In this document: in pieces, positions 18,973-28,608 of the stretch | How the letters are laid out: each line of letters opens with the position of its first letter | How positions within the stretch are numbered: the stretch's first letter is position 1 | Assembly (NCBI GenBank): GCA_045105515.1 | Contig: JBGCDR010000358.1 | Coordinates: 1 to 39,718 of the forward strand | DNA length: 39,718 nt | From: Oligoflexales bacterium | GTDB lineage: Bacteria > Bdellovibrionota_B > Oligoflexia > Oligoflexales > Bog-1112 | Direction: 5' to 3' | Program-made: the position numbers and the translations under genes | The notes under the pieces: model-generated | Seen by the model: the letters and a program-made list of their open reading frames with translations, nothing else | Database searches by the model: none | What the model was told of the DNA's origin: nothing

Positions 18973-19222
18973 ATTCTCCTATTGCTCCCCACTTTTTGCA
19001 TAAGCTTTGCTCAGTTCACTAGTTAGCCTTGCTACGTTCATACTGTACCTTGCCTCTGACAACAAGGAAAACCCTAGCGCACCAGAAAATATCAGACAAC
19101 TCCTTTAATGGCTTTAGTAATCCCAAAGGAAGTCCCTAGCATTTATCCGTAAAAGCAATATTTTGGTCCTCAATGGAAGCAAAATTCTAATTCTTTCTTC
19201 AATTAAAGGAGCCTGTATTGAC

Positions 19223-20809
19223 ATGTCTGTAAAGATTACTTGCGCTAGCACACACGCAATGGATACTAATTTAGTCCATGTTGAAGCCGGATTTATGCGC
19301 GGATTTACTGGTTTGAGCTTGATCGGAAACCCGTCGGACGTCTGCAAACAAGGCTTGGAAAGAGCAAGAGCAGCATTAGAAGCATCGGGACTAAGCATCC
19401 CCCAAAGAAAAATTTTGATAAGCCTGCTTCCCGCTGACCTCAAAAAAGATGGTAGCCAACTTGACCTTGCAATTGCTGTCACCCTTCTGCTCTTGATCTG
19501 CGACAAAAAGCCTAAAATAGATGTTGAAAAGTGGTTGTTCATTGGTGAATTAGCCTTAGATGGAAAGATTCGCCCTGTAAAGAACGTTGTTTCTTATGCC
19601 ATCCAAGGTGCTTGTCAGAATTTCTCAGGGATGGTGGTGGCTAAAGAAAATCAAGAAGATTTATCCTGCCTAGAAGGGCTCAATCATAATGGATTTGATA
19701 GTTTTAAGTTCGTATCTTTCTCAAATTTCTCAGAGCTAAGTTTACGGATTCTGGAGGGAAAGCTAAGTCAGCAAAAAAAACCTAAAATTGCTCAAGATCC
19801 TATTAGCAAGCTGCAGAACTTTGATGATATGGTTCTTTCAGAAGAACTAACGCAAATCGCACTCCTAGTAGGTACTGGAAAACACAGCGTCCTCTTCTAT
19901 GGTTCACCTGGCACAGGTAAGACCATGTTTTCTTCTAGGCTCGCCAGCATTTTGCCAGAGCTGGATGAAGCAACTTTTTTCGAATCCCTTAAGATCCACA
20001 GTTCTTTTGTAATGATGCTGCCCAAATCGCTGTTGATGGGTAAAGCACCCTATCGCTCACCGCACCACCAAACCAGCTCAGCTGCAATTTTAGGAACCCC
20101 CGAATCTCCTGGTGAAATCTCTTTAGCTCATGGTGGCCTCCTGTTTCTAGATGAACTTCCAGAGTTTAGACGCGACGTGATCGAATCTTTAAGAGAACCC
20201 CTTGAAGCAGGTGTCATCCAAGTTTCTAGGGCCCACATGAAAGGGGCATGGCATTGTAACTTCACGCTCATAGCGGCTTGCAACCCCTGCCCCTGTGGCT
20301 GGCTGGGAAGCAAAAAACGCAGATGCATGTGCCCCACCACCAAGATTCAAGCCTACCGACGAAAATTATCAGGGCCAGTTCTTGATCGCATCGATCTCCA
20401 CGTGAACCTCTTTGAAACCAAGATTGACCAGTCAGATATTCTAACCAAACTGCATACAAAACCTGCAAATTCTAGCCAAACTGCTACACTTAAGAATAAA
20501 GTTTATGAAGCTAGAAGATTTGCCAAAGAACGGAACCTTAGATTCAAAGTTAGTGATAACAAGAACTTAAGTCCAGACATGCTACTTAATGCATCTGGCT
20601 TGCAAGCAGATGAATTTAAAGAATTAATCAAATCCATAGTTCCTAAGAATCTAAGCCAACGATCCTTGGTACGTAGTATCCAAGTAGCAAGAACCCTTGC
20701 TGATTTGCAGCAAAGATCCCAAATCTGCGAAAGTGACCTCAAATCTGCTTTAGCCTGGCAAGCTGAGGCAGCTGCTAGAGAAAGGGGTGACTTCGCTCTA
20801 GGAATATAA
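19223..20809 (+). CDS. comM: ComM/YifB Mg-chelatase-like AAA+ ATPase
   Basis: Lon-like N-domain (PADLKKDGSQLDLAIA, GELALDG), Walker A GSPGTGKT, RSPHH, PGEISLAHGGLLFLDE, NPCPCG and SGPVLDRID. Start taken as ATG 19223 after AAAGGAG. Confidence 0.93.
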   Translation: MSVKITCASTHAMDTNLVHVEAGFMRGFTGLSLIGNPSDVCKQGLERARAALEASGLSIPQRKILISLLPADLKKDGSQLDLAIAVTLLLLICDKKPKIDVEKWLFIGELALDGKIRPVKNVVSYAIQGACQNFSGMVVAKENQEDLSCLEGLNHNGFDSFKFVSFSNFSELSLRILEGKLSQQKKPKIAQDPISKLQNFDDMVLSEELTQIALLVGTGKHSVLFYGSPGTGKTMFSSRLASILPELDEATFFESLKIHSSFVMMLPKSLLMGKAPYRSPHHQTSSAAILGTPESPGEISLAHGGLLFLDELPEFRRDVIESLREPLEAGVIQVSRAHMKGAWHCNFTLIAACNPCPCGWLGSKKRRCMCPTTKIQAYRRKLSGPVLDRIDLHVNLFETKIDQSDILTKLHTKPANSSQTATLKNKVYEARRFAKERNLRFKVSDNKNLSPDMLLNASGLQADEFKELIKSIVPKNLSQRSLVRSIQVARTLADLQQRSQICESDLKSALAWQAEAAARERGDFALGI

Positions 20810-20927
20810 TCTTGCTCAGAGTGGAAGATAAAGCTAAGCAAAGCCCAAAAACAATTTATAAATAAGAATCTCCCCACATCTTTTAACACATAATTTCAAA
20901 TACTTATATTTACAGTCAACATATTAC

Positions 20928-20955
20928 TCAAGCTTGTATGCAAAAGAGCCGAACT
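20928..20955 (+). promoter_or_regulatory. Sigma28-like promoter upstream of the pilin gene
   Basis: TCAA-N16-GCCGAACT, 45 bp upstream of ATG 21001. Spacer is one base longer than consensus. Confidence 0.3.
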
Positions 20956-21000
20956 TTTTTTAAAGGTTGATCAAAAACATAGGGAAGTGAGGATTATTCA

Positions 21001-21495
21001 ATGAACCAAATAGAAATTACAAAGAAAAATAAAGCCGGTCAACGGGGCTTCAGCTTAGTGGAATTAATGGTAGTTGTCGCAATTATTGGAATTCTTGCGT
21101 CGCTCGCAGTTCCAAGGTTTAGAATTTTCCAAGCAAAGGCACGTCAAGCTGAAGCAAAGACAAACCTTTCGCACATTTATACCCTCCAGCAGTCTTACTA
21201 TGGCGACAATGATGCTTTTATAGCAGTTGCTGCTTCCGGTCACATAGCTGTTGGTGCTCCGAACTGCGCTGCTACAAATGCCATCGGATTTGTGCAAAAC
21301 CCTTGCGCTAGTGCTAGATACGGATACCTTGCTGACATTGGCGGCGGACCGACCACCTTCACTGCAACTGCTGCTTCACAAGCAAATGATGACAATAGGG
21401 TATTACCCGGCTGCGCTACAGTTGATCAATGGGAAATTGATCATGATAAAAATCTGACTCACCCAAGCGACGCCATATTAGCTTGTACCAACTAA
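21001..21495 (+). CDS. Type IVa pilin (PilA/PilE-like)
   Basis: Basic leader ending QRG|FSLVELMVVVAIIGILASLAVP (prepilin cleavage site with Glu5), followed by KARQAEAKTNL. Four Cys in the globular domain. SD GAGG. Confidence 0.95.
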   Translation: MNQIEITKKNKAGQRGFSLVELMVVVAIIGILASLAVPRFRIFQAKARQAEAKTNLSHIYTLQQSYYGDNDAFIAVAASGHIAVGAPNCAATNAIGFVQNPCASARYGYLADIGGGPTTFTATAASQANDDNRVLPGCATVDQWEIDHDKNLTHPSDAILACTN

Positions 21496-21528
21496 TCTTC
21501 CCACTTCAGCCCTTTTTTGGGTAAGATT
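21494..21528 (+). terminator. Imperfect hairpin after the pilin stop codon
   Basis: AATCTTCCCA...TGGGTAAGATT inverted repeat with one bulge. Confidence 0.25.
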
Positions 21529-21599
21529 CTCATTAAATTTTATACTTTAGCATGCTATCCATAGTCTCTGAGATAACTTAGATCAACTCGGAGATAGCT

Positions 21600-22640
21600 A
21601 TGGCCTTATTACCTCTTCGCACCCTATTAGATCATGCAGCAGAAAACAGCTACGGCGTAGGTGCCTTCAACGTCAATAATATGGAACAAATTCAATCAAT
21701 CATGGAAGCTGCAAGGGACACGGAAAGCCCAGTGATCATCCAGGCCTCCCGCGGAGCCCGTAAGTACTCCCAAGACCTTTTCCTTAAACATTTAATGCTT
21801 GCAGCTGTTGAGCTGTACCCTGAAATCCCGGTGGTCATGCATCAGGATCACGGCAATGGACCAGAGACTTGCTTTACCGCCATAAAAAATGGCTTTACCT
21901 CGGTTATGATGGACGGTTCCTTGAAAGAGGATGCAAAAACACCTGCAGACTTTGAGTATAACTGTCAGATTACGAAACGAGTAGTAGATGTCGCTCATGC
22001 ATTTGGCGTTTCTGTAGAAGGAGAACTAGGCTGTTTAGGATCTCTTGAGACGGGAGAAGGTGATAAGGAAGACGGCCACGGCTTTGAGGGTAAATTAAGC
22101 AAGGAACAGCTCTTAACTAACCCTGAAGAAGCGGAAGAATTTGTGAAGCGTACGGGAGTCGATGCTCTCGCAGTAGCAATTGGAACCAGTCATGGAGCTT
22201 ATAAGTTCACCCGCAAACCAGACGGGGAAATTTTAGCGATGAAGAGAATCCTTGAGATTCATAAACGACTGCCAAATACCCATTTAGTGATGCATGGATC
22301 ATCCTCGGTACCCCAAGATTTACAAGACCTGGTCAACCAATATGGTGGTAAAATAAGGCAAACTTACGGAGTTCCTGTAAGCGAAATCCAAAATGGGATC
22401 AAAAATGGGGTAAGGAAAATCAATGTAGATACGGATAATCGCCTTGCAATAACTGGTACCATTCGCAAGATGTTTGCGGAAAAACCTGAAGAGTTTGATC
22501 CCCGATACTATTTAAAGCCAGCTCGCGAAGCTATGAAAAATGTCGTCAAAGACCGAATGATCGCATTTGGCCAAGCTGGACAGGCTCCAAGAATCAGGAA
22601 AGTTACTTTAGAAGAGATGGCAAAAAAATACTTCACTTAA
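21600..22640 (+). CDS. fba: Fructose-bisphosphate aldolase class II
   Basis: [43 protein letters not shown] and KINVDTD. Confidence 0.97.
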   Translation: MALLPLRTLLDHAAENSYGVGAFNVNNMEQIQSIMEAARDTESPVIIQASRGARKYSQDLFLKHLMLAAVELYPEIPVVMHQDHGNGPETCFTAIKNGFTSVMMDGSLKEDAKTPADFEYNCQITKRVVDVAHAFGVSVEGELGCLGSLETGEGDKEDGHGFEGKLSKEQLLTNPEEAEEFVKRTGVDALAVAIGTSHGAYKFTRKPDGEILAMKRILEIHKRLPNTHLVMHGSSSVPQDLQDLVNQYGGKIRQTYGVPVSEIQNGIKNGVRKINVDTDNRLAITGTIRKMFAEKPEEFDPRYYLKPAREAMKNVVKDRMIAFGQAGQAPRIRKVTLEEMAKKYFT

Positions 22641-23929
22641 CATTGCCGCTGCAGAACTGCAGCTGTTTCCACATGATAAGTATGGGGAAAGAAGTCAAAG
22701 CTGCTCAACGACTCCAATTGGTAATCTTGTTTTAGTTCTGCTAAATCACGAGCCAAAGTATTGGGATCACAACTTACATAAATAATCTTTGTTGGAGCAA
22801 CCTCTTTCACTAGACTCATACCTTCTTTCATTCCAGCTCTAGGCGGATCAATAATAAGCACATCGAAATGCTCTTGTTTCTGACTGATCTTGGAAAGATA
22901 CTTGAGGGCATCTCCTGTTTTATAATGACAATTTTCAAGCTGGTTGTAGATTACAGCATAGTTTGCTGCTTTAATGGCAATTGAATTTGCCTCAATTCCT
23001 AGGATTGTCTTTCCCATTGCCGCAAGTCCAAGCGATAAGTTTCCAGAGCCGCAAAACAGATCTAGGATCTTTTCTGCTCCAGATACCTTCTCCACCTCAT
23101 TTTTTACAAAACTGCGAAGTTTGCGATTATGGGCAAGATTTACTTGAAAAAACTGTCCTGGAGCAGAAAAGTATTTAATCCCCTCATAAGATTCTAAAGC
23201 CAGAAAAGGTGGTTTTTTTAATTCATGAGAAAGCCCAGCCCATATCACTTCGGGAAGAGATCTAATTTTATCTGCTAGTTTTTCAAGGCTTCGCTCTTGT
23301 TTCAAAACAGGATGAATCACCACACTCACTTGCGCTGACTGCCCAGAAAAAGATTCAAACTCTTGTAGCTCCATCCGAAATTTTTGTGGTTTCACTGCAA
23401 CATGCATTTGCGATAACTGTGCGATTACCCGGTTTAGCGCAGGCCGAGCAATCATACATTTATCGATATGAACCTGTTCCTTAGTTGCCTTCTTAAAAAA
23501 ACCTACCCCTAATCTTCCATCTTTGTGCACAGTACCCCGAAGCAAAACTCGATTACGGTAGTTAAGATCCATAGAAGAAGGGATAAGTTTATAATCATTT
23601 GGGATAGAGATTTTCCCTATTATTTCAAAGGCATCGCGTACGAAACTACCTTTCCATAATAGCTGTTCACTTACCGAAGCATGTAACCACTGGCATCCTC
23701 CGCAGCTTTCATAAGGACAGGGTGAGGTGCTCGTATGGGGGCTCTTTTCTAGGTAACGAAGAAGTTTTGCGTGTGCATACCTGCCTTTATCACTTTCAAT
23801 CCGTACCAATACTTGATCTCCAGGTATAGTACCTGGGACAAATACTGTCTTACCTTCATGCTTTCCTATGCCATGAGCTCCATAGCCAACTTTTTCAATA
23901 TTTACAGTCAGTTCTTGTGCTTCTTTCAC
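22637..23929 (-). CDS. rlmD: 23S rRNA m5U methyltransferase, RlmD/TrmA family, with TRAM domain
   Basis: TRAM ([10 protein letters not shown]), Fe-S Cys motif [33 protein letters not shown] and [10 protein letters not shown]. Confidence 0.9.
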   Translation of the reverse strand: MKEAQELTVNIEKVGYGAHGIGKHEGKTVFVPGTIPGDQVLVRIESDKGRYAHAKLLRYLEKSPHTSTSPCPYESCGGCQWLHASVSEQLLWKGSFVRDAFEIIGKISIPNDYKLIPSSMDLNYRNRVLLRGTVHKDGRLGVGFFKKATKEQVHIDKCMIARPALNRVIAQLSQMHVAVKPQKFRMELQEFESFSGQSAQVSVVIHPVLKQERSLEKLADKIRSLPEVIWAGLSHELKKPPFLALESYEGIKYFSAPGQFFQVNLAHNRKLRSFVKNEVEKVSGAEKILDLFCGSGNLSLGLAAMGKTILGIEANSIAIKAANYAVIYNQLENCHYKTGDALKYLSKISQKQEHFDVLIIDPPRAGMKEGMSLVKEVAPTKIIYVSCDPNTLARDLAELKQDYQLESLSSFDFFPHTYHVETAAVLQRQC

Positions 23930-24049
23930 TTATCTTCTTTCTTTCCGTCGGATGCTTCACTGCTTGAAAACCGGCTCAACCCTTACTGTAGCCAAGGTTT
24001 AAAAGCAAGCTAATTTAGCATAGGTATTAAGATAAGTGCTTAAGGAACT

Positions 24050-24370
24050 TTACGGGCTTTCAAGCGGGAGATCAGCAATGAGCTCCATTAACCGATCGAT
24101 TTCAAGATTTCCTTGGATTGTAACTAAATTCATCTGCTTCTGTTTAATCAATGAGCTTAAATTGGAAGCTAAGCAAGATCTGGGCTGAGCATCAGTGTCA
24201 GTGCGGATAAGGACCTCATGAAATTTATCAATAAAATCTTCGCAATCACTTTGTGAGTGAGAGGTAAGCTTACTCCACCTAATAGCCTCTTTTTTTAGTT
24301 CGCTCTCTTTTAACTTACTACGAAGAAGCTGGTACTGAGGACTATGCTCTTTTATTAACCGAAAACCCAT
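24050..24370 (-). CDS. Hypothetical protein (106 aa)
   Basis: ATG lies 3 bp after the stop of the PilZ gene on the same strand. No family recognised. Confidence 0.65.
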   Translation of the reverse strand: MGFRLIKEHSPQYQLLRSKLKESELKKEAIRWSKLTSHSQSDCEDFIDKFHEVLIRTDTDAQPRSCLASNLSSLIKQKQMNLVTIQGNLEIDRLMELIADLPLESP

Positions 24371-24373
24371 AAT

Positions 24374-25132
24374 TCAACTCATTATTGATTCAATCAATTT
24401 ATCTTTCGAAGGTAGCTGTAGCACCATAAAAACATCCGTAGCAAACTGCTTTAAATCTTTGTTAGGGGACTGATCTTCGCTAAGAGTCCTTGCCCATGGT
24501 GTCATAGTCTGTGGGTCTTGTTTATCTCGAATTATTTTTCCAGTGATTACCCCTGAAACTGGATCCCATTTAATAAAGCGATCATTATCTTCAAGTTTCC
24601 AAGACCTAAGCTCTTCTTCATCATCTAGCCACAAATAAAAGTTAGTCTCGTTCGGACCATGATACCATGTCATTCCTTCATTATCGTGTAGCTCAATAAA
24701 CCTATCGTCCATTTTCTGTAAGGAAGTTCCAACTTCAATAGGTTTAATAAGCCTGCTCATAAATGTTTTGGTGTTCTTAGATGCTTTTAGCAATTCAAAC
24801 CCTACAAAACCTTTAGATTTCCATCGTACACAAGCTTGGGCATCATATAATTCTCCGAGGTATCGTATCCTACATAAATAAATATCTCCTACGACCAATC
24901 TTTTGAAACCTCTTGGTGAAACTTCAGTACTAAACCCTTTTTCGGATAGATCGCGAACGAGGAGAATGTCCTGATCATTCATGAGTGATAGGTGCTTGTG
25001 ATCAATATCAAATCGCTCATAAATCCTCCTGTTCCTCAATCTTTTTGTAGGCAAGACGTTCTTTGGTCGATCCATGAGTTGCTCGACTTCTTTACCTGAT
25101 TTCAGAAGATTAATTAAAAACAGCCTAAACAT
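24374..25132 (-). CDS. PilZ-domain protein (canonical c-di-GMP motifs) with an unknown C-terminal domain
   Basis: RxxxR (RIYER), DxSxxG (DLSEKG) and VRW...GFE. The start could be the later ATG (MDRPK). Confidence 0.85.
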   Translation of the reverse strand: MFRLFLINLLKSGKEVEQLMDRPKNVLPTKRLRNRRIYERFDIDHKHLSLMNDQDILLVRDLSEKGFSTEVSPRGFKRLVVGDIYLCRIRYLGELYDAQACVRWKSKGFVGFELLKASKNTKTFMSRLIKPIEVGTSLQKMDDRFIELHDNEGMTWYHGPNETNFYLWLDDEEELRSWKLEDNDRFIKWDPVSGVITGKIIRDKQDPQTMTPWARTLSEDQSPNKDLKQFATDVFMVLQLPSKDKLIESIMS

Positions 25133-25356
25133 AGCTTCCTAACTAAATGACATTGAAGGTCTACTTAACTAGGTCCACTTAACCTTGATTAAATTTTCGC
25201 ATAGAGAGGGAATAGATTCACTATATAAACATGTACCTAGCATAAATTGCCCAAGCACTTCGATCTTGCTCATACGAACGGACCTTTACATCTTTGCTAG
25301 CAAGGCTTATCTTTGTTCTGTCAGCTGGCGTATCTAACTTATTTAGAAAGAAATTG

Positions 25357-26751
25357 ATGTCAAATAAAGACAAAAAAGATAGAGAGCTAGAAAAAATCGC
25401 TGCTAACCCTTTAAGTCGTGGAGTTAGCTTATTTAACTTAAGCTTAAATAGTGGAGCACGCTTTGCCAGCCTAAAAATGAAAGATATATTCGCTTCAAAA
25501 GAACAACGCAAAGAGCGCTTTCAACAATTCTTAGGTAGCCAAGCAATAAAGATAGCAGAAGAGCTAGGTAAGTTAAAAGGCAGCGCAATGAAAGCTGGGC
25601 AAATGCTTTCTATCTATGGTGAGCATTTCTTGCCTCCTGAGGTCAACAAAGTTCTAAAAACCCTCCAATCGGACTCACGGCCAGTTGTTTGGTCAGAAAT
25701 GGAAAAGGTACTTCAGAGGCAATTGGGTGCAGATAAGCTTAGCGAGCTCTCAATAGTTAAGGAACCCATTGCTGCTGCTTCAATGGGTCAGGTCTATTTA
25801 GCAAGGATGAAAAAGAATAAACGTGAACTTGCTATAAAAGTCCAATATCCTGGGGTCGATAGAGCAATCGACAGCGACTTGAAATCTTTGAAGTCAATCC
25901 TATCAATATCAAACCTCGTCCCAATGGGACCCAGTTTCGACGAAGTTTTTAAAGAAGTTCGCATGATGCTTCATCATGAGGCAGATTACTCACGCGAATT
26001 AGAAATGTTTCAGTTTTACCGGGATCAACTGTCTGGGGATGAACGCTATGTAGTCCCAGAGGTCTTTCCAGAATTTTCTTCTAAACGTGTATTGACTATG
26101 AGCTATGAACAAGGAGCTTCTGTAGATGGTCAAGAAGTCGTAAATCTGGATCCTATCCGAAGAAACCGTATCGCAGCTGCGACCATGGACCTCATGTTTA
26201 AGGAAATTTTCGAGTGGCGCATCGTCCAAACCGATCCTCATTTTGGCAATTACAAGATTCGTTTGAGCCATAATCCACAGGCTTCTGATAAGACTGTTCT
26301 TCTCGACTTTGGTGCAGTACGTAAGTTCCCAAAAAAGTACATTGAACCTTTTGCTAAACTCGTAAAATCCTCACTCCTACAGGATATTGAAAAAAACATC
26401 GAAGCAGGGAGGGCTTTGGGGTTCTTGAGGGAAAACGATAACGATGACGTGCTTACTCTGTTTACAAAGATCTGCTTCACCGCAATCGAGGCCTTTAATG
26501 AGGAATTTGCTAGCCCCAGCCTCGATGGTAGTGCTGAAGGATCAAACCCCTACTTGTGGGGTCAAACAGACATTATTGACCGCCTCACTGAGCTCGCAAA
26601 AAATGCTGTCTTCACCTTTAAGCTAAGAACCCCTCCTCGTGAAGCTATTTTCCTAGACCGGAAGATGATCGGCATGTATACCATTATGACCCAGCTAAAA
26701 TTACGGATGGGCCCGCGAAAGCTATTACAAAAATATGTAGAACCTTATTGA
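25357..26751 (+). CDS. ABC1/AarF/UbiB (COQ8-like) atypical kinase
   Basis: KxGQ (LKGSAMKAGQ), A-rich loop AAASMGQV, AIKVQYPG, EADY, QTDPHFGN and LLDFG. Start taken as ATG 25357. Confidence 0.92.
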   Translation: MSNKDKKDRELEKIAANPLSRGVSLFNLSLNSGARFASLKMKDIFASKEQRKERFQQFLGSQAIKIAEELGKLKGSAMKAGQMLSIYGEHFLPPEVNKVLKTLQSDSRPVVWSEMEKVLQRQLGADKLSELSIVKEPIAAASMGQVYLARMKKNKRELAIKVQYPGVDRAIDSDLKSLKSILSISNLVPMGPSFDEVFKEVRMMLHHEADYSRELEMFQFYRDQLSGDERYVVPEVFPEFSSKRVLTMSYEQGASVDGQEVVNLDPIRRNRIAAATMDLMFKEIFEWRIVQTDPHFGNYKIRLSHNPQASDKTVLLDFGAVRKFPKKYIEPFAKLVKSSLLQDIEKNIEAGRALGFLRENDNDDVLTLFTKICFTAIEAFNEEFASPSLDGSAEGSNPYLWGQTDIIDRLTELAKNAVFTFKLRTPPREAIFLDRKMIGMYTIMTQLKLRMGPRKLLQKYVEPY

Positions 26752-26760
26752 ACCATAGCA

Positions 26761-27972
26761 ATGACTAAACAAATTCAAGATCTTAAGCCCTTAGAGCTGG
26801 GGGTATACCTACATATCCCATTCTGCAGTTTTGTATGCCATTATTGTGACTTTGCTAAAACTGCCCACTGGAACGATGAGCTCAAAAACAACTATTTAAG
26901 CACGCTAAGCTCCCATCTTGAATCTTGGCTCCATTATCTCAATTCTCTTTTTCCAGAGGTTGCAATAGTCACAGTCAATATTGGCGGAGGCACTCCCTCG
27001 CTAATAACTAATGAATATGAAAAGATATTTACGAAATTGGGCCCCTACCTCACTAAGGATTGTGAAGTAAGCCTTGAAGCCAACCCCAATGATTGCAGTC
27101 CAGAAAATTTACAGATATGGAAGAACTGTGGTTTCAATAGGATTTCAGTTGGTGTTCAAACCTTTCAGGACAAGGGCCTAGACTTTCTCAAACGAGATCA
27201 TGACAGTTCAAAGGCAGTCAAAAGCATTGAAAATTGCCAAACCTACTTTGAAAATATTAATCTTGATCTGATTTATAGCTGGCCTTCACAAAGTCTAAAA
27301 AACTGGGCCGAGGACCTGGAGCTAGCGAATAACTTAGAATGTAAGCATTTAAGCCTTTACAACCTAACCTACGCTCAAGGAACTCCCATTGGCCGGGCAA
27401 GACAGCGAGGCAAGATCATAGAACCTCAAGATGAATTACAAGAGCAATTTTATACTGAAGCCTGCAGAATTTTAGCAAGCCAAAGCTTTTTGCACGAAGA
27501 GGTTTCAAACTGGAGTAAGCCAGGTTTTTCTTGCAAGCACAATTGGCTGTATTGGCAAGGTAAGCCCTATTTAGGAGTCGGAGCAGGTGCCCATGGCTTT
27601 CTTCCATTAAACGAACCTATAGGCCTTCGCTACCATTACACACGCAGGGAGAGGAACTTTAGGGAATTAGAATCTACTGTCACCAAACCGCTTGAGGAAT
27701 TTGCCCATCTCATTGAAGTCGAAGCTCGAGATGAAGATGCATGGATTCTAGAAATGCTGGGCAGCAGTTTAAGAAGTTCTCGAGGTTTAGACTTAGAGGA
27801 AATAAAAGCCAAGACAGGCAAGCTCTTTGTTCCAAATACTGATATCAATGACGGTTTGGAAAATCAGCTTATCTTTCTTGACAATCACAAGCTCTATCTG
27901 CACCCTAAAGAATGGTTTCGTGAGGTGCATTGGTGCTTAAAACTGAGTGAATGCTTTAAATCGGAAAACTAA
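26761..27972 (+). CDS. hemW: Radical SAM heme chaperone HemW (HemN-like)
   Basis: YLHIPFCSFVCHYCDF (CX3CX2C), GGGTPS and EANP. The HNxxYW motif (KHNWLYW) distinguishes HemW from HemN. Confidence 0.88.
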   Translation: MTKQIQDLKPLELGVYLHIPFCSFVCHYCDFAKTAHWNDELKNNYLSTLSSHLESWLHYLNSLFPEVAIVTVNIGGGTPSLITNEYEKIFTKLGPYLTKDCEVSLEANPNDCSPENLQIWKNCGFNRISVGVQTFQDKGLDFLKRDHDSSKAVKSIENCQTYFENINLDLIYSWPSQSLKNWAEDLELANNLECKHLSLYNLTYAQGTPIGRARQRGKIIEPQDELQEQFYTEACRILASQSFLHEEVSNWSKPGFSCKHNWLYWQGKPYLGVGAGAHGFLPLNEPIGLRYHYTRRERNFRELESTVTKPLEEFAHLIEVEARDEDAWILEMLGSSLRSSRGLDLEEIKAKTGKLFVPNTDINDGLENQLIFLDNHKLYLHPKEWFREVHWCLKLSECFKSEN

Positions 27973-27975
27973 AGA

Positions 27976-28608
27976 ATGGTCGAACTAAACATAACAAAGG
28001 ACCAATCCGGTAAACTCATAGGTTTGACTGGAGGCATTGCTTCAGGAAAATCTACCGCTGCTGAGATTCTAAAGAAAATGGGCTGCCTTGTTATAAATGC
28101 AGACCAGCTTGGACATGAAACCTATCAAAAAGGCAATTATACCTATAATGAGATCATCTCCTTCTTTGGAAATAAAATTCTCGACAAACAGGAAGAAATT
28201 GATCGGAGAAAACTTGGTTCCCTCGTTTTTGCGGATAAAACAAAGCTCAACAAACTATGCGATATTGTTTGGCCCGAAATAAAGTCACTCGGTAAGAAAA
28301 AAATTGTGCAAACCAGGATTGCTCAACCGCAGGCAAATATCATTCTAGAAGCTGCTGTCCTGCTTGAAGCTAGCTGGGATAACATGGTTGATGAAGTTTG
28401 GGTCATCTATGTGGAGCCAGACTTAGCTTTAAAAAGGTTGATGAGCAGAAATCAACTTAGCTTACCTGAAGCTCAAGCAAGGCTAGCTGCACAAATGACA
28501 AATACAGAGAGATTGTCAAAAGCAAATGCTAGTTATGAAAATAAGGGAAGCATCGAAATGCTTAAATCAGCTTTAGAGCAGATGCTATTCTCAAGCTCAC
28601 CAGGTTAA
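27976..28608 (+). CDS. coaE: Dephospho-CoA kinase
   Basis: IGLTGGIASGKST P-loop, IDRRKLGSLVF, RLMSRN and ARLAAQM. Confidence 0.95.
   Translation: MVELNITKDQSGKLIGLTGGIASGKSTAAEILKKMGCLVINADQLGHETYQKGNYTYNEIISFFGNKILDKQEEIDRRKLGSLVFADKTKLNKLCDIVWPEIKSLGKKKIVQTRIAQPQANIILEAAVLLEASWDNMVDEVWVIYVEPDLALKRLMSRNQLSLPEAQARLAAQMTNTERLSKANASYENKGSIEMLKSALEQMLFSSSPG

Noticed and set aside
19114..19542. 142-aa antisense ORF over comM, and similar shadow ORFs (e.g. 1965-2288, 4410-4790, 18243-18563, 20503-20889, 31159-31413)
   Set aside because: They overlap well-supported genes on the opposite strand or in another frame and show no recognisable motifs.
26761..27972. Annotation as coproporphyrinogen III dehydrogenase HemN
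   Set aside because: The short N-terminus and the HNxxYW motif indicate HemW.
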